A DNA stretch of 64,000 nucleotides, taken from IMG/VR virus record IMGVR_UViG_3300029928_000002, positions 32,001 to 96,000 of that record; one strand, written 5' to 3'. This document shows positions 12,798-25,600 of this stretch, one piece after another (positions within the stretch are counted from its first letter, which is position 1; each line of letters starts with the position of its first letter). The notes below the pieces were generated by a model. It ran no database searches. It was given only the letters and a program-made list of their open reading frames with translations, and had not been told where the DNA came from. The position numbers were made by a program, and so were the translations under genes. The DNA is from a virus (taxonomy: Duplodnaviria > Caudoviricetes).

Positions 12798-12811
12798 ATT
12801 TAAAAGATTTT

Positions 12812-15800
12812 ATGGCAACAATTGGTTATGTTACTAACGCCCCATTCAACTAGGGTGAGACTCGTACCTATGAGAATTTTCTTCATTTCTTGGGCGATAA
12901 GCCTAAGAACTTAGGTCTTGTAAGTAGACTTTATCCTCAGTGTACTGCTACTTACTACACAGAAGCTCTTGGAAACATTTTCTTTAACTCAGCTGCTAAG
13001 GCTAACAAGTTCCAGAGCATAGATAGTTATATGATAGAATGGCAACTTGATATTAACGAAATTAAGAGGATTCCTCTTGCAGCAGTTCCTGAAGGTGATG
13101 GTGCTGATGGTACTGAAATTACATTCTATTTCCCACAGAGATATTATGAGAAGTACGACATCTTTAAGATTGAATCTACAAGACAGCAATTTATTGTAGT
13201 TTCACATCCTATTAAGAAGGGTACTAATCTCTGGGTAGTTCAAGCTAGAATTGTATCTGAGGATTACAACACCACAATCGATATGAGCGGTGCAACAGCA
13301 GGTTCACTTACTGTGTTCTAGTCTAACGCTGTTCCTGAGCTTTCTGAAGAGGGCTATGTTAAAACTCAGAGCAACATTCAGAAGATGCGTAACTGGTTGA
13401 CTACTTTCCGTAACGATATTGACTATTCAAGTCAGTTTGAAATTATGGAAGATAAGTTCATTAAGGTTACTAAGGGCTGTGATAATATGACTTATTATCA
13501 GCTCGACAAGAAGGAGAAGATTCTTCTTGACAACTTCATGCTTGCTCGTTCTAAGGGTCTGCTTCTTAACAGAAGTAATATTGATCCTCGCACAGGTAAG
13601 CCAAATGTAGTAGACCCTGAGACAGGACGTCCTATTTATATAGGCGCAGGTATTATACCTCAAATCGAGAGATTTGCTAGTAAGTCTATTTACTATAAGT
13701 TTACATTGAGCACCCTTAACACTGCTCTTGCTACTCTTAATAGGAAGGCAGAGAAGCCACAAGGTAATAAGTACCAGATGGTCTGCAATGAGGCCCTCTA
13801 TACACAAATTCAGCTCACACTTGGTGACTATCTTGCTAAGTTTAGAACTGATGGTACATTCATGTATTCTATGAAAGCTAACGGTTATGTGTCTGTAAAT
13901 CCTGAGGGATATGATACATATAACTTTATGGGTAAACAAAATTGCTCCTCAGTTTGGAAACAAGCTGCGTAAAAATTTATTTAAGTGCTGGAACTTCCTT
14001 AGAGACTATTAAACTACAATATAACAAACGTTATATGAATGTTTAAAAATTAATAGTATTGGATAATCAGCAGCCAAGATTCTATTTTTTAAAGTAGAAT
14101 ACGGTTCAACGACTAGTAAGTCCTAGTTTATTTAGGCATAGATAATAACATATTTATTATCGAAATAATAAACATCTTATGGAAAGTGAGTTACGGTATA
14201 TTGTATACATCACGATAAATCTATGTAATGGAAAATTCTACATAGGAGTGCATAGAACAAATCCAAAAGTATTTGATGGATATATAGGATGTGGCACTTA
14301 TAATAATCATCCTACTAATGATACAGCATTTTGTAATGCAGTTAAAAAATATGGCTATTCTAATTTCAGAAGAACTACTATTAAAGTATTTCCAGATTCT
14401 GAAGAAGGTAAAGAATAGGCATACGCTTTAGAAAAGATTTTGGTAAATGAAACTTTGATTAGAAGTAAGTATGTGTATAATGAATGTTTAGGAGGAGTTT
14501 GTAACAGAACTCCTGATTCTTATAGAAAAGTATATATGTTTGATTTAAAAGGCAACTATCTTAGAAGTTTTAAATGTTGCTAGGATGCTGCAATATATTT
14601 AAATGTATCAGATATATATTCTGCTACTAAAGCAATTCGGAATTGCTGTTTAGGGACTAGCAAATCCAGTTTTGATTATTATTGGAGCTATACTAAAAAA
14701 TTCGATTATAAAGGAACTAAGAATCTTACTCCAGTAGCACAATACACATATTCTGGAAAATTTCTAAAGCATTTTGATTCTATTACTGAGGCTGAAAACG
14801 AGTTACATTGTTGTACAATACACTAGGCAGCTACAAAACATATGTTAGCAGCCGGTTACTAGTGGAGATACTTTACTGGAGATACTAGAGATATACCTCC
14901 ATTAATATCTAACTCTATTAAAAATAAAGTAGTTCCAGTAATTATGTATGATAAGTAGGGAAATGTGCTTGGAGAATATCCGTCTATTAACGAGTGTGTT
15001 AATAGTAATCCGCAATATAATTTTACTAATTCTCAAATACAAAGAGTTTGTAAACATATTATTAAATCACATAAAGGATTTGTATTTAAATATAAAGATG
15101 AAGATATAGTCTTATCTGATTAGAAATAATCAGCTAAAATAAATGAATTAGCTTTCTTTTGTGCTTGATAGAGCACTTACAGAGGAGTTTGGTGATAAGG
15201 GTTACGGTATCATCGTAGACCTTTCTTCAGATTCCGCTTCAGGTACTCCTGCTGTTGGTATGTTTACTGTCGATAACAAGCAGTTCATGCAGAACACCAT
15301 TAACGGTGTAGGCGGCAGCAAGAGTGGCGATGTAGCTACTCGTGTAGCAGGTAGCGTAAAGGTTATCATGGGAATAAACTAATCTGCATTGTTCCCTTAA
15401 AATTCTTTTAAATGCTGGAAAACTAAATGATAAATTTAACAATCAGCAGCCAATATTTAAAACAAAGCCTTAAGGATTGTTTTTTATAAGGTTCAACGAC
15501 TAGGTGGTAATACCGTAAGTAATATTTAATAATATTAACTGAAATGGAGAATGACTTAAAATATATCGTTTACTGTACAGTAAATTAGGTGAACGATAAA
15601 ATTTATATCGGAGTGCATAAGACTGATATAACAAAGTTTGATGGTTATATTGGATGTGGGGTTTATATAAATAGACCTGCAACTTATGAACGTAGTAAAA
15701 CAGTATTTTAGTTAGCTGTAAAAAAATATGGTATAAAAAGTTTCAAAAGATATACCATAGCAACATTTGATAATGAAGATGAAGCATATTTAATGGAATA

Positions 15801-16725
15801 GTCTATAGTTAATAAAGATTTTCTAAAACGTACAGATGTTTATAATACTGCATTAGGAGGCTCTAATGGAGCATATCTTCTCACTTGTAGAAAAGTTTAT
15901 CAATATACAATTGATGGTACTTTTCTCAGAGAATATTCTTCAGTTAAAGAAGCTGCAATATCGGTAAATAGACATAGTACTAGTATTGAAAGAGCTATAG
16001 AATTTAAATCTAAATGTTCAAATTATTTCTGGACAGATATTAAATATGACAAGTTAGATTTATCTAAAATGAAACAATATGTTGGACAACATACAATTCC
16101 AGTATATCAATATTCATCCACTGGAGAATACGAATGTTGTTACGAGTCTATTGAAAAATGTGCAGAAGCATTAAATATAAATTCTTCAAATATAAGTACA
16201 GCTATTAAATTAGCTTCTAAATATAATAACAAATATTTCAGTACTGTATTTAAAGAGACTTTTATAAAAGCTAACAATAAGAGAATACAAACAACAGAAA
16301 TTCATCAATATGATTTAGATGGTAATTATATTGCTTCTTATTCAGGACAACCTGAAGCTAAAAAGAAATTAAATATTAAATCTGATATTTATAAAGCAAT
16401 ACGATTACATAGAACTGCAGGAAATTTCTAGTGGTCTTTTGAAAAATTACCTTAGATAGCTCCCTATAAAGCTAAAACTGGTAGGAAAAGAAGAGTAGGC
16501 AAATATACAAAAGACTGGAAACTGATTAAAGAATATGAATCTAAATCAGAAGCTATGTTAGAAAATGGTAAAGGACTAGCTCATGTATTAGACGGACGTG
16601 ATGAGTTTCATAAAGGTTTTCGATATAAATTCTTAAGTTAATGATATAGTCTGTTGAGTAATTAACTCAGAGCAGGTGTAGCTGTATTTAATCCTTATCG
16701 TAGTTATATTCTGCGTTAGGCTTAA
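12812..16725 (+). CDS. Major capsid protein, three exons: 12812-13933, 15146-15375, 16671-16725 (468 aa)
   Basis: crAss-type ETRTYENF..FLG start. Splicing restores YNFMG|NQLSFVLDRAL and IMG-I-AGVAVFNPYRSYIL in frame. Confidence 0.88.
13934..15145 (+). mobile_element. Group I intron 1 in MCP (1212 nt) with homing endonuclease in the P8 loop
   Basis: Exon ends in U paired to G (gggt/gctc P1). Core elements gtgctggaa, aatcagcagcc, gttcaacgacta (14104) and aagatatagtc (15101). Terminal G at 15145. Confidence 0.88.
14179..15129 (+). CDS. GIY-YIG homing endonuclease with NUMOD1-like repeats (316 aa)
   Basis: YIVY...FYIG, GYIGCG, and repeated V.(M/Q)(Y/F)D..G..L..(F/Y).S units. Six in-frame TAGs. 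Confidence 0.85.
15376..16670 (+). mobile_element. Group I intron 2 in MCP (1295 nt) with homing endonuclease
   Basis: P1 gggaat/gttccc with a U.G splice site; P10 ctgc/gcag. Core atgctggaa, aatcagcagcc, gttcaacgacta (15491), atgatatagtc (16641). Terminal G at 16670. Confidence 0.9.
15544..16641 (+). CDS. GIY-YIG homing endonuclease with NUMOD1-like repeats (365 aa)
   Basis: MENDLKYIVYCTVNQVNDKIYIGVHKT...FDGYIGCG and four V.QY...G-type repeats; at least five TAGs. Confidence 0.85.
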
Positions 16726-16735
16726 GTAAGATAAT

Positions 16736-16787
16736 AATAAGTAAGTGGATAGTAGTATAGCTATCTGCTTACTTATTTATGTTTTTT
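16736..16787 (+). terminator. Intrinsic terminator after MCP
   Basis: Long stem ataagtaagtggatag...ctatctgcttacttat followed by a T-rich tail. Confidence 0.8.
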
Positions 16788-16806
16788 CAATATGAATTAA
16801 TGATTT

Positions 16807-17646
16807 ATGGCTTAGACAATTTTATTAAGAAGTGTTTGGGGTAAAGTGGGAATGGTATATACCATTAACCCATGTCCAGATAAAATAACAGGTAGATTCT
16901 GTAAATGGGTAAAGCCTGTAGATTCTAAGGGAGATATGATTCTTACAGATAAGGACAGAAATAGTGAGGACTATCCATACTTTATTCCTGAAAATAAGGA
17001 GTTCAAAGTATCTGATGGTACTACTTTTGATCTGTCCGACCCATTTCAGCTTGCTGAATGGGAATCAATTAAGAATGCTCCTATAATTGCATCTAGTAGA
17101 TATGAGAAAGATGCAAACGGTAATTATAAGATTGATGGCAATATTAAAGATACAAGCAGTCATCCTAGAAACGGTGTTGCTGAATTGTATGTAGATATTC
17201 CTGGTGTAGAAACAGCTGCTAGAGTTAGTAAGCAGAAACTTGTCTTCGAAGCTAGTAAGTTGATATTTGACGATCCTAAGGGAGCTGAGGGTAGACTTCG
17301 TATTACTCGTATTCTTGGTAAACACATGAAGAATGCTCCAGAATCAGATGTTACAGAATATCTGCTTGATTTGGCTAAACGTAATCCAAATAAGATTATT
17401 TCTCTTTACAATTCTAATGATTCTCAACTTAGACTTCTGTTTATTGATGCTAAGGAAAATAGAGTAATCATTTCTAAGAATGGCATATTTATGTATGGAG
17501 ACACTCTTCTAGGAGCTACTGATGATGCTGTAATTACTTGGATGAAAGATCCAAAGAACAACAAGTTGCTTCAACTTATGATGGAAGAAACCTATCCGGA
17601 TATGTATCCTACAGAATCTAAAGATACTACTGCTAAAAAGAAATAA
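16807..17646 (+). CDS. Conserved crAss-like virion-module protein downstream of MCP (279 aa)
   Basis: ATG GCT TAG start in frame with track ORF 16846; FM.GD..LG...D.VI.W..DPKN C-terminal motif; gene position. Confidence 0.75.
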
Positions 17647-17656
17647 TTTATAAACT

Positions 17657-18775
17657 ATGACAGCAAAACAAGTATTTGAAGCTGTTTTAATGGAGCTTAA
17701 TAAACAAAATGCTCCAAGCATTGATCTGGAAACTTTTAATTATTTCTTTAATAAAGCTATTAACTAGTTTATAAATAAACAGTTTAATGTTGGTGTAGAT
17801 ACTGACCAACAACGTACTGACGATATAAGAGTATTGAAGACTTCTGCTATCTTAAAACCCGTAAAAACACCTGCAGATTTATCTAAGGTAATAACAAAGC
17901 TATTGGGTAAAACTGATGGTGATAACGGAGAAAAGGGAGATGCAGAAGTAGTCAGCTCTGACTCTGTATATGGAGCTACTTATGAATTTAACTTACCTGC
18001 AGATTATTTACATTTACTGAATTGTATCTGTATTTATCAGGTAAAGAAAAGAATAAATTGTCCGTATAATGTAGGAGATATTGTAAGGAAGGGAGCTATT
18101 AAATGTAATGCCGATACTTGGCCGCTTATTATAGACAATCTCTATATGAGACCTACTTATAAGAGACCTTATTATTACATTAATAATTTAAATACTTCAC
18201 CTACAAATCCTACTAATCCTTTTAAAGAGGATATTAATTCTGGCTCATCAATACAATATAGTGGAACTGATGTCGCTACTTCTCAATATGTAGAAACAGG
18301 TCCTAGTTATGATGCAGACAAGAATAAGGTAAGTGGAACAACTTATAAGGATACATAGAATACTTCTGCAGCAGCGTCAGGTAATCCTTTAAATAGAAAA
18401 TACAAGATTTCTATTGATGACGTAGATAGTGAGGATAATACTGTAGTAAAAACTGCAGGTCATCGTTACGGCAATTCTTCAAATGTACGTTTGGAGATCA
18501 GATATGGCCAAGATTCCTCAGTATTTAATTTGATTGGTATAAGTATCGACTACATTAAAGCACCTCAATTCATAAGACTGACTTAGGAATAGCTTGATTT
18601 AAATGAAGATACTTCACAAGTAATAGAATTTCCAGATTATATATGCCAAGAGATAATAAACGAGCTGACTAAAATAGTCATGGAGAACGCTAGTGATCCT
18701 AGACTGCAAACTAATCCTGCTATAAGCTAGTCTATTGCTGCTCCAGCTCAAGCATAGACATCAACTAAAAAATAA
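17657..18775 (+). CDS. Tail ring/neck protein (372 aa)
   Basis: ELNKQNAPS...FNYFFNKAI, LPADYLHL, IDYIKAP, EFPDYICQEII...ENASDPRLQ; matches crAss ring-type proteins. Confidence 0.7.
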
Positions 18776-18782
18776 TTAAGTT

Positions 18783-19994
18783 ATGTCAACATTTAATTTT
18801 GAAACTACTACTATTATTAATAGTATTACCGCTCCTGGATTTGCAGGTAAAACTGCACATAGTGGGGCTACTACTATTAAAGATCATCCAAGATTCTGGG
18901 TCGATGCAGAAGATACTTCTAACCCTGTATTGAGAATTGCCAGAGGTGGCAGATTTGCAAGACAGAATATTAGTTCTATAGTAAAGAGAGCTTGGGAAGA
19001 TCCTGAGTATTTCCAAGTAACTTTTGATATGACTAAGGCTACAGCTAAGCTCTCTGACCAAGTTACTAGTCTTCTTGGTAGACTTGTAATTAAGGTAGAA
19101 TTGCAAGGCTCTAATGATGTTATCTATTCAGATGCATATAGCCGTCACATCAAGCCTTTCTATATTGAGTTCCCTGTAAGTGCTTCAGATAAAGGCAAAG
19201 AATCAGATCTTGCTAAGAAAGTTGCTAGAATTGCTAACAAGTACGGCAATCTCGTCTACGGCGACTTGCAGCTGAATGTCAACACTGACGGCACTAAAGT
19301 AGTTGTTACTGGTACTGATGAATATCAGAGAGTTGTAGAAGCCTCTTTGGAGATCTACAATGAGGCTCATCAGACATTTGATTGCTGCGCTGCTTTCGGT
19401 GACTACGAATATGATTCAGATGGTGTACTTGTAAATCAGGGTAAGCCGGGTGTTGGTACTTATCGTCAGTTGGTCAAGGATCTTGTTCTTCCTACTGAAG
19501 CTCATAGAGAGTGGGCTAATCCATTTGAGGATGAAGCTCCTATTCTTGGCGGCCACTACAATGAGTATACTATTACTCTTTGTGTTGAGAGACCAGGTCT
19601 TGGAGGCTTGAGTGCTGTCGGTCAGCAGGTTGTTTCTACTACTATGCACACTTTCTTCGTACTTGATGATGGTAGCACCGATGCCAAAGTAAATCCTTCT
19701 CTTGCTTTCGAGGCTTTATTAGTATAGCTTTCTAATGGTATTGAAGGTATGGCTACCACTGCAGACAAAGATTATGATGATGTTGCTGTAGACAAGGATA
19801 AACTCGAAGATTCTTATAACGATTCAGCTGCTATTAAGAATGTATAGACTGAAGCACAGGGTAAGAATCTTACAGATTCAGAGTCTATTGTAACTCCTAA
19901 GGGCCTTAAGAATGGTAAGAGACAACCAGCTTCTGCTACTACTGGCGGTTCAACCGGTGGCAGTGGTTCAGATTCTGGCACAACCTAGCCTTAA
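18783..19994 (+). CDS. Probable auxiliary capsid/decoration protein (403 aa)
   Basis: MCP-like codon usage, followed by a strong terminator. FNFETTTIIN, LVLPT, AVGQQVVS.T.HTFFV motifs. Confidence 0.6.
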
Positions 19995-20015
19995 TATTTT
20001 TTATAATATCTAATT

Positions 20016-20065
20016 AATAGGTGTTAGCTAACTAATGAATAGTTAGTTAGCACCTATTTTTTTTT
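20016..20065 (+). terminator. Intrinsic terminator
   Basis: aataggtgttagctaacta...tagttagttagcacctatt followed by T9. Confidence 0.85.
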
Positions 20066-20078
20066 AAGTGTAGTTTTT

Positions 20079-20771
20079 ATGGGAATGATAAATAGATTAG
20101 CTTCTGCTGTTTACAATGATATTGTAGGAGGATTGCGTGGTTATCATGAAAACCATTCTATAAGTCTTGAACAGCTTGAAGACGACATTATATAGACAAG
20201 AATTTCTGTAATAAAGGAATATGCTTTAAAAGGTATATTGCCTATTAAAGATTTATTAGAAGCAATAAATTGTATTCCAGTAGATTGTGAAGATTTGGAT
20301 AGATGTCATTGTAATTCTGAATATGTAGGTAAACCTTAGATGCATTTCTGTATACCACAACTAATGATGGATTGCTTTGGTTCAGATACAATAGATTACA
20401 TAGGTTCTACAGATAGATAGAATCCTTTTATTGTATACCAATCTATGACTACTACTTAGATATATTCTAAGTATAGAAGAAGAGCTAAGAATAAACCTTT
20501 TGTATATCTAGACACAACTCCAAATGATTAGGGATGGTTAGATGGTTATATATTTAATGCTCCATATTTAAAAGAAATTTCTGTAGTTGCAGTATTTAAA
20601 GATCCTAGAGACCTAGAAAACTTTAAATGCTGTCCTGATGATGTATCTAGTAAAAGATTTAGTTTTATTGATGAAGAGGTAAGAAAGCGAGTAACTACTT
20701 AGTATGTACAATATTACAGATAGTTAGCTATGCCTATTATACCTAATAAACAAGAATATTCTGCAAGCTAA
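20079..20771 (+). CDS. Tail ring protein (230 aa)
   Basis: LASAVYNDIVGGL...SLEQLEDDI, IDYIGSTDRQ, AVFKDPR. Absent from the ORF track because of TAGs. Confidence 0.7.
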
Positions 20772-21469
20772 TGGAATTATTTGATTTTCACTATGCACAA
20801 GTTCTAGCCAATTAGTATTATAATGTAGATATGGAACCTGAAGATTTTGAAGAATTAGGTTTAATTGCATTTGAGAGAATTGGAAATAAGAGAACTAAAT
20901 TACATAGAAGCTGTTTAACAGTATCTAAAGATAATACTGCAGAATTGCCAGAAAACTGTGATAATATTAAAGCTATAACATATAATTTTGAAGATGCCAG
21001 ATTCGTATCACCTATCTATGATTATGGAGATATAGATTCTATCGTTACTGAGAATTATATTGAATATGGTAAACAATTAACCAGTCCAGATTATATATCT
21101 GGAAGGTATGTTAAGTACACACAAAGTGGTAATACTTTATATTTAAAAGATAATTGTACGGGATAGACTTTAAATATCTTGTATGAAGAGAATATATTAG
21201 ATGATAATGGATTGCCTAAGATTACTTCAGAAGAAGCCTTAGCTATTGCTACCTACGTAGCCAGTGTTCAGCTTTTTAAGAAAGGATTAGCGACTAATAA
21301 TTCAGGGCTCGTACAGATGTCTCAAGTCTTAGATTAGAAAGCTGCTAGATATATTGATTAGGCAAGAATACCTGAAAGTATATCTGATAATGAAATGAAT
21401 GAAATTTTGGACGCCAAAACAAGTTCTGATAGGAAGTTGTATGGTAAGTCTTACAAACCAATAAAATGA
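20771..21469 (+). CDS. Tail tubular/ring protein (232 aa)
   Basis: DFEELGLIAFERIGNK, ELP.NC..I.A, LDDNGLP.I...EA.AIA.Y; TAATG and ATGA overlaps. Confidence 0.7.
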
Positions 21470-22695
21470 TGGATGATTATGATTTGTTATCTTTTGGACA
21501 GATAAAAAAACTTGTACGAAGAGAGATAGGTTAGGAACGATTTAAAATAGAACCAAAGCGGTAGAAGAAGATAAAGATTGTTTAGAGGAAACCTGTCGAA
21601 TAGGAATTTGTAGACTTTATGTAGCAGACAGATAAGAAGTTTGCTTTTAATTCTAAAGAGTTATTCTATGGATATAAGAAACCAGTAACTAAATAGGATT
21701 TACAATCTTTAGGTTATTATATAAAAGGGGTTGAGAAAGAAGAATGTCTTGGAGAAGTATTTGCAGAATTTGTAATATTTCTTATTAAAGAAGTTATAGT
21801 AAATAATCTTACCTTGGCTGTCCCTGCTATAGGAGCTTATTGCACTTTACACACAAAACCTATAGAAGGAGAAGATTTTAAAAAATACAGACAGTAGGGT
21901 AAGTTTTTAGACATAAACTTCTTAGTATCTGATTTTAAAGCATATAAAATAGTTTTAACCAGATACCGCAGCAGAGATTCATCTATATTTTTTGACACTG
22001 ATATAGCTTTAGACCCTGGACTTTAGAAAGAATTGTCAGAACAGATCAATAGTGGTAAACAATACTATGATTCTATTCCGAAGAAATTTGACGATTATAT
22101 TTCTGAGTTTTGGTACTTATATCCAAAAGCAAGTTTGAAGTTTCTAAAATCATTTATACGCTTTGGGTGGGTACAAATTTTTCATCATGCCAAAAGATTT
22201 AGAGATGTTTTTATATAGACAAAAAACCATTATATTTATATAGGAAATATTGAAACTCTTTCAGGATTTAAACCTGAAACATATTATCGTAGGCTAATGC
22301 GTAAGAAACTTGAAAAATTATTTATAACTAAGAATATTAAATGGGATGGATATTACTATTTTTGCATTTCTCAATAGGAATATAAATATTATTTCAAGCC
22401 TACAGAAAATATGAAGAAGCTGAGAAGATATAATTCCTGCAGAGCTAATACAACTAAATATTTCTTTTTTGATAACCCTAAAGTTCTATTTAAACATCCA
22501 GATATGGCCTATGCGTTTTATAAATATAGATATATGGTTAGAGCAAAAGCTCCTCAAGACTTTGGTAATCATAGATATATAAGACCATATCTGCCTATAT
22601 AGAATGTTGAAAATTATGAGTTTGTAGGGGCTAAAACATTGAAAAATCTTATGGAACACAAATATAAAATATTATGTCTAAGAAAGCAACGGTAA
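21466..22695 (+). CDS. Basic protein, possibly a fusion of two IHF-like crAss genes (409 aa)
   Basis: Single frame with TAG=Gln; K/R/aromatic-rich; occupies the position of IHF-like genes between ring and muzzle genes. The function is inferred. Confidence 0.55.
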
Positions 22696-25600
22696 ATGGT
22701 TTTACTGGCGGATTATCTATAGATTTGAATCCGCTTACTAATACTAAAGAAGTATTATCTGATGCAGTAAATGCTACTTTAGTTACGGGTAATGGAGATG
22801 AAATGATATTGTAGAATGATATGGGTAATATTCCTTTAGGCTCAATTCCTGAAGGATATGTTCCTGTAGGGTGTAAGGAGTATGGTGGAATTGCTTATAT
22901 TGCTTTATATAATCCTAAAACTAAGAAATGTTAGTTAGGTACCTATCCTTCACCTGAAAGTTATACTGAGAAAAATAATTCTAATGGGTCATTTAAACAA
23001 AACCCTTTTGATATATTGTCAGGAACCCCTATAGTACCTATAGATAATATAAATTATTCTAGCGATATTTATATAACTAAAAATTGTATAGATAATATTA
23101 CTTATGGTAGTAATGTAGAGATAACTATTAATAATTTCGTAGATTATGTTAATATGTCTTCTGGAGACATGAAGATGTGGGATTATAAATGGTAGAAAAT
23201 ACTTTCTAACTCTCAGAAAGAAGATGTTTCTGAGAAGTCGGCTACTATAAATGGAAATAATTGTACATTTGTATTAAATAATAGAGGAAATACAGGATAG
23301 CTAATTCTACATTTACACAAAAGACATATAAATAAAATACTTAATACTGTTAATTTTATACGTTAGTCTGATGTATCTAAATTAAAGAATTTGACAGACG
23401 AAGAAACTTAGGTTTTCAAAAATATTCCTAAAAATGGTGGAGTATTTATATTTAATTCTACTTATTATTGGGACTGTCCTGACGGTATTGGAAGTAATTG
23501 CGGGGCAATATCTAATGTAATCAATGGAATTAAATATGTTATATCTACAAATTCTGGAGATACAGAAGTTTATTATGATCATACTACTTCTAAGGATAGG
23601 GAAAAGGATGGAGATACAGGTTATTGGAAGCGTTCTGTTCAAACATATTGTTATATAAAGTCATTTTAGCCTTCAGAGATATTTAATATAAAAATATATC
23701 CTAGGACTTACAATAGAGATTAGACTGAATTGGAAGATTCTATCAGTATAGCTGCAAATGCTTGTGATAATCCTGATATTTATTTGAATACTTGGAATTA
23801 TAAAGTATATAACAATCAATTAGTTCTTACTTGGGGATTCTATGACATCAGTCTCTATAAGTAGGGTATTAGTAATATAGTAATGAAGTTTTATGATATA
23901 TATACTAATACAATAGACCATGTAAAAACTATAGAAAAGCGATCTACATACAATGGTTCTTTCGTTAATTCTGTAACAGGATTGTAGCCGAATACAATAT
24001 ACTTTGTGATAATTTCTTTTACAGCACAAAACTCTTAGTATGAAGAATATAGGTGGGTAAATACTTCTTCTCTATATAATTCATGCACTTTAAAAGATTT
24101 TGGGGATATTTCTATTGTTCCTTACAATCTTATAAATATTCCTTTAGATTTATCCGAAACTTCTGATAGTTTTTAGACTGTGGATTCTTAGAAGACGGGT
24201 ACTTTATTATCTTCAAATACTCAAACTAAAGCCTTTAGCATGGTTGTAAATAATACTATAAGTAATTATTACAATATGAAAGGCATTACTGAAAATAATA
24301 ATAATAATAATAACATATTTACTATAAATCCGGAGAACTTAGAAGAAGCTGCTTTATATACTTTCTCAAAATCTAAGGTAAGTAGTTCTCAAACTTCTTT
24401 TGAACCTAAAGTTATAGGAAATTAGGATACTTCTTTTGTAAAAGAAAATCAAGCAATATTTAAAGAAGGCTCTCTTAATGCAATATGTACATCTGCAAAA
24501 ACTGATGCAACGTTAAAAAAGCTGGGTTATACAGATACTTATTTAAAAGTTAGTTTTTAGTGTAGCTAGGCTGCGTCTGCATCAAGTAAACTTTATACAG
24601 GAGCAATTACCTTTAATAAATATTTTAGACCATTTGTATTAGACCCACTGGAAGTTTCTAAGAATCTTAGAGAAAAGTTAAAATCTAATTATTACGCTTT
24701 TGGATATGAAATAGATTCCGACTACCTACCAAAATATTACTACATGACTTAGGTAGCCTGTAAAAATGATGATGAAGGGGGATTACCTTCTGATAACTTA
24801 TGGTATAGACAATATGTTGTTGATAGGACTAATATAGATACTGGGTATTATATTAATTCCAATGGTAATAAAGATTTCAAACTATACGATAACAATGGAA
24901 CTTTAATGGATGATAACTACTAGGATACTTATGTTGAATTAGACGATTCTGCAGCTACTCATACAGATGTTGGTGCTATTTATAATTATTTGACAGAAGA
25001 AACTATTACAGGTGCTACCTCAGACATAGGGACCTCACAAGTTATTAATAATTTTGTACAAGGATATGGGAGCAGCTTGAATAATTCCATATATGGTGAA
25101 TTGGCGGATAATGATTTTGATAATAATAAAAACAATTGGTGGAATGGTTCTTATACTCCTATCGTGTTAGGAAATAAATATGGTCATAATACAAAAGCTA
25201 GGGCTAACTTAACAATAGGTAGAAATGCAGATAACTCTTTCAAAGATACTGTTGATTAGTTTACTATATTACAGACTATAATGTCCAACAATACTAAAGC
25301 TGCCAATAAATTTATCCCTACATTCTGCTTCTGGGGGAGTGCATATTTAACTGACTTTGTTCAAAAAGATACTAAGGGGAATTATTCATTAAGGTCTTAG
25401 AGAACTCATGATTATCAACATAATGGAGTAGATGTTCCTGGATATGAAGGTAATTCTAATACCGATTCCGGTATAGCTATTACTTATATGCCGGAAGAGA
25501 AGGGGGGACATAAATATTTCTTTGGTTCCTGCTTTAAGAGCTTATTTCCATTCTGGTTAGATTCTCAAGGAGTATACAGCAGTTTAAATTATGGGCAATC

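Noticed and set aside
13934-13972. MCP ending at TAA 13972 as in the track
   Set aside because: These codons are intron sequence; conserved MCP C-terminal motifs resume at 15146 and 16671.
24294-24315. (AAT)n microsatellite as a phase-variation switch
   Set aside because: It is a triplet repeat encoding poly-Asn, so slippage keeps the frame.
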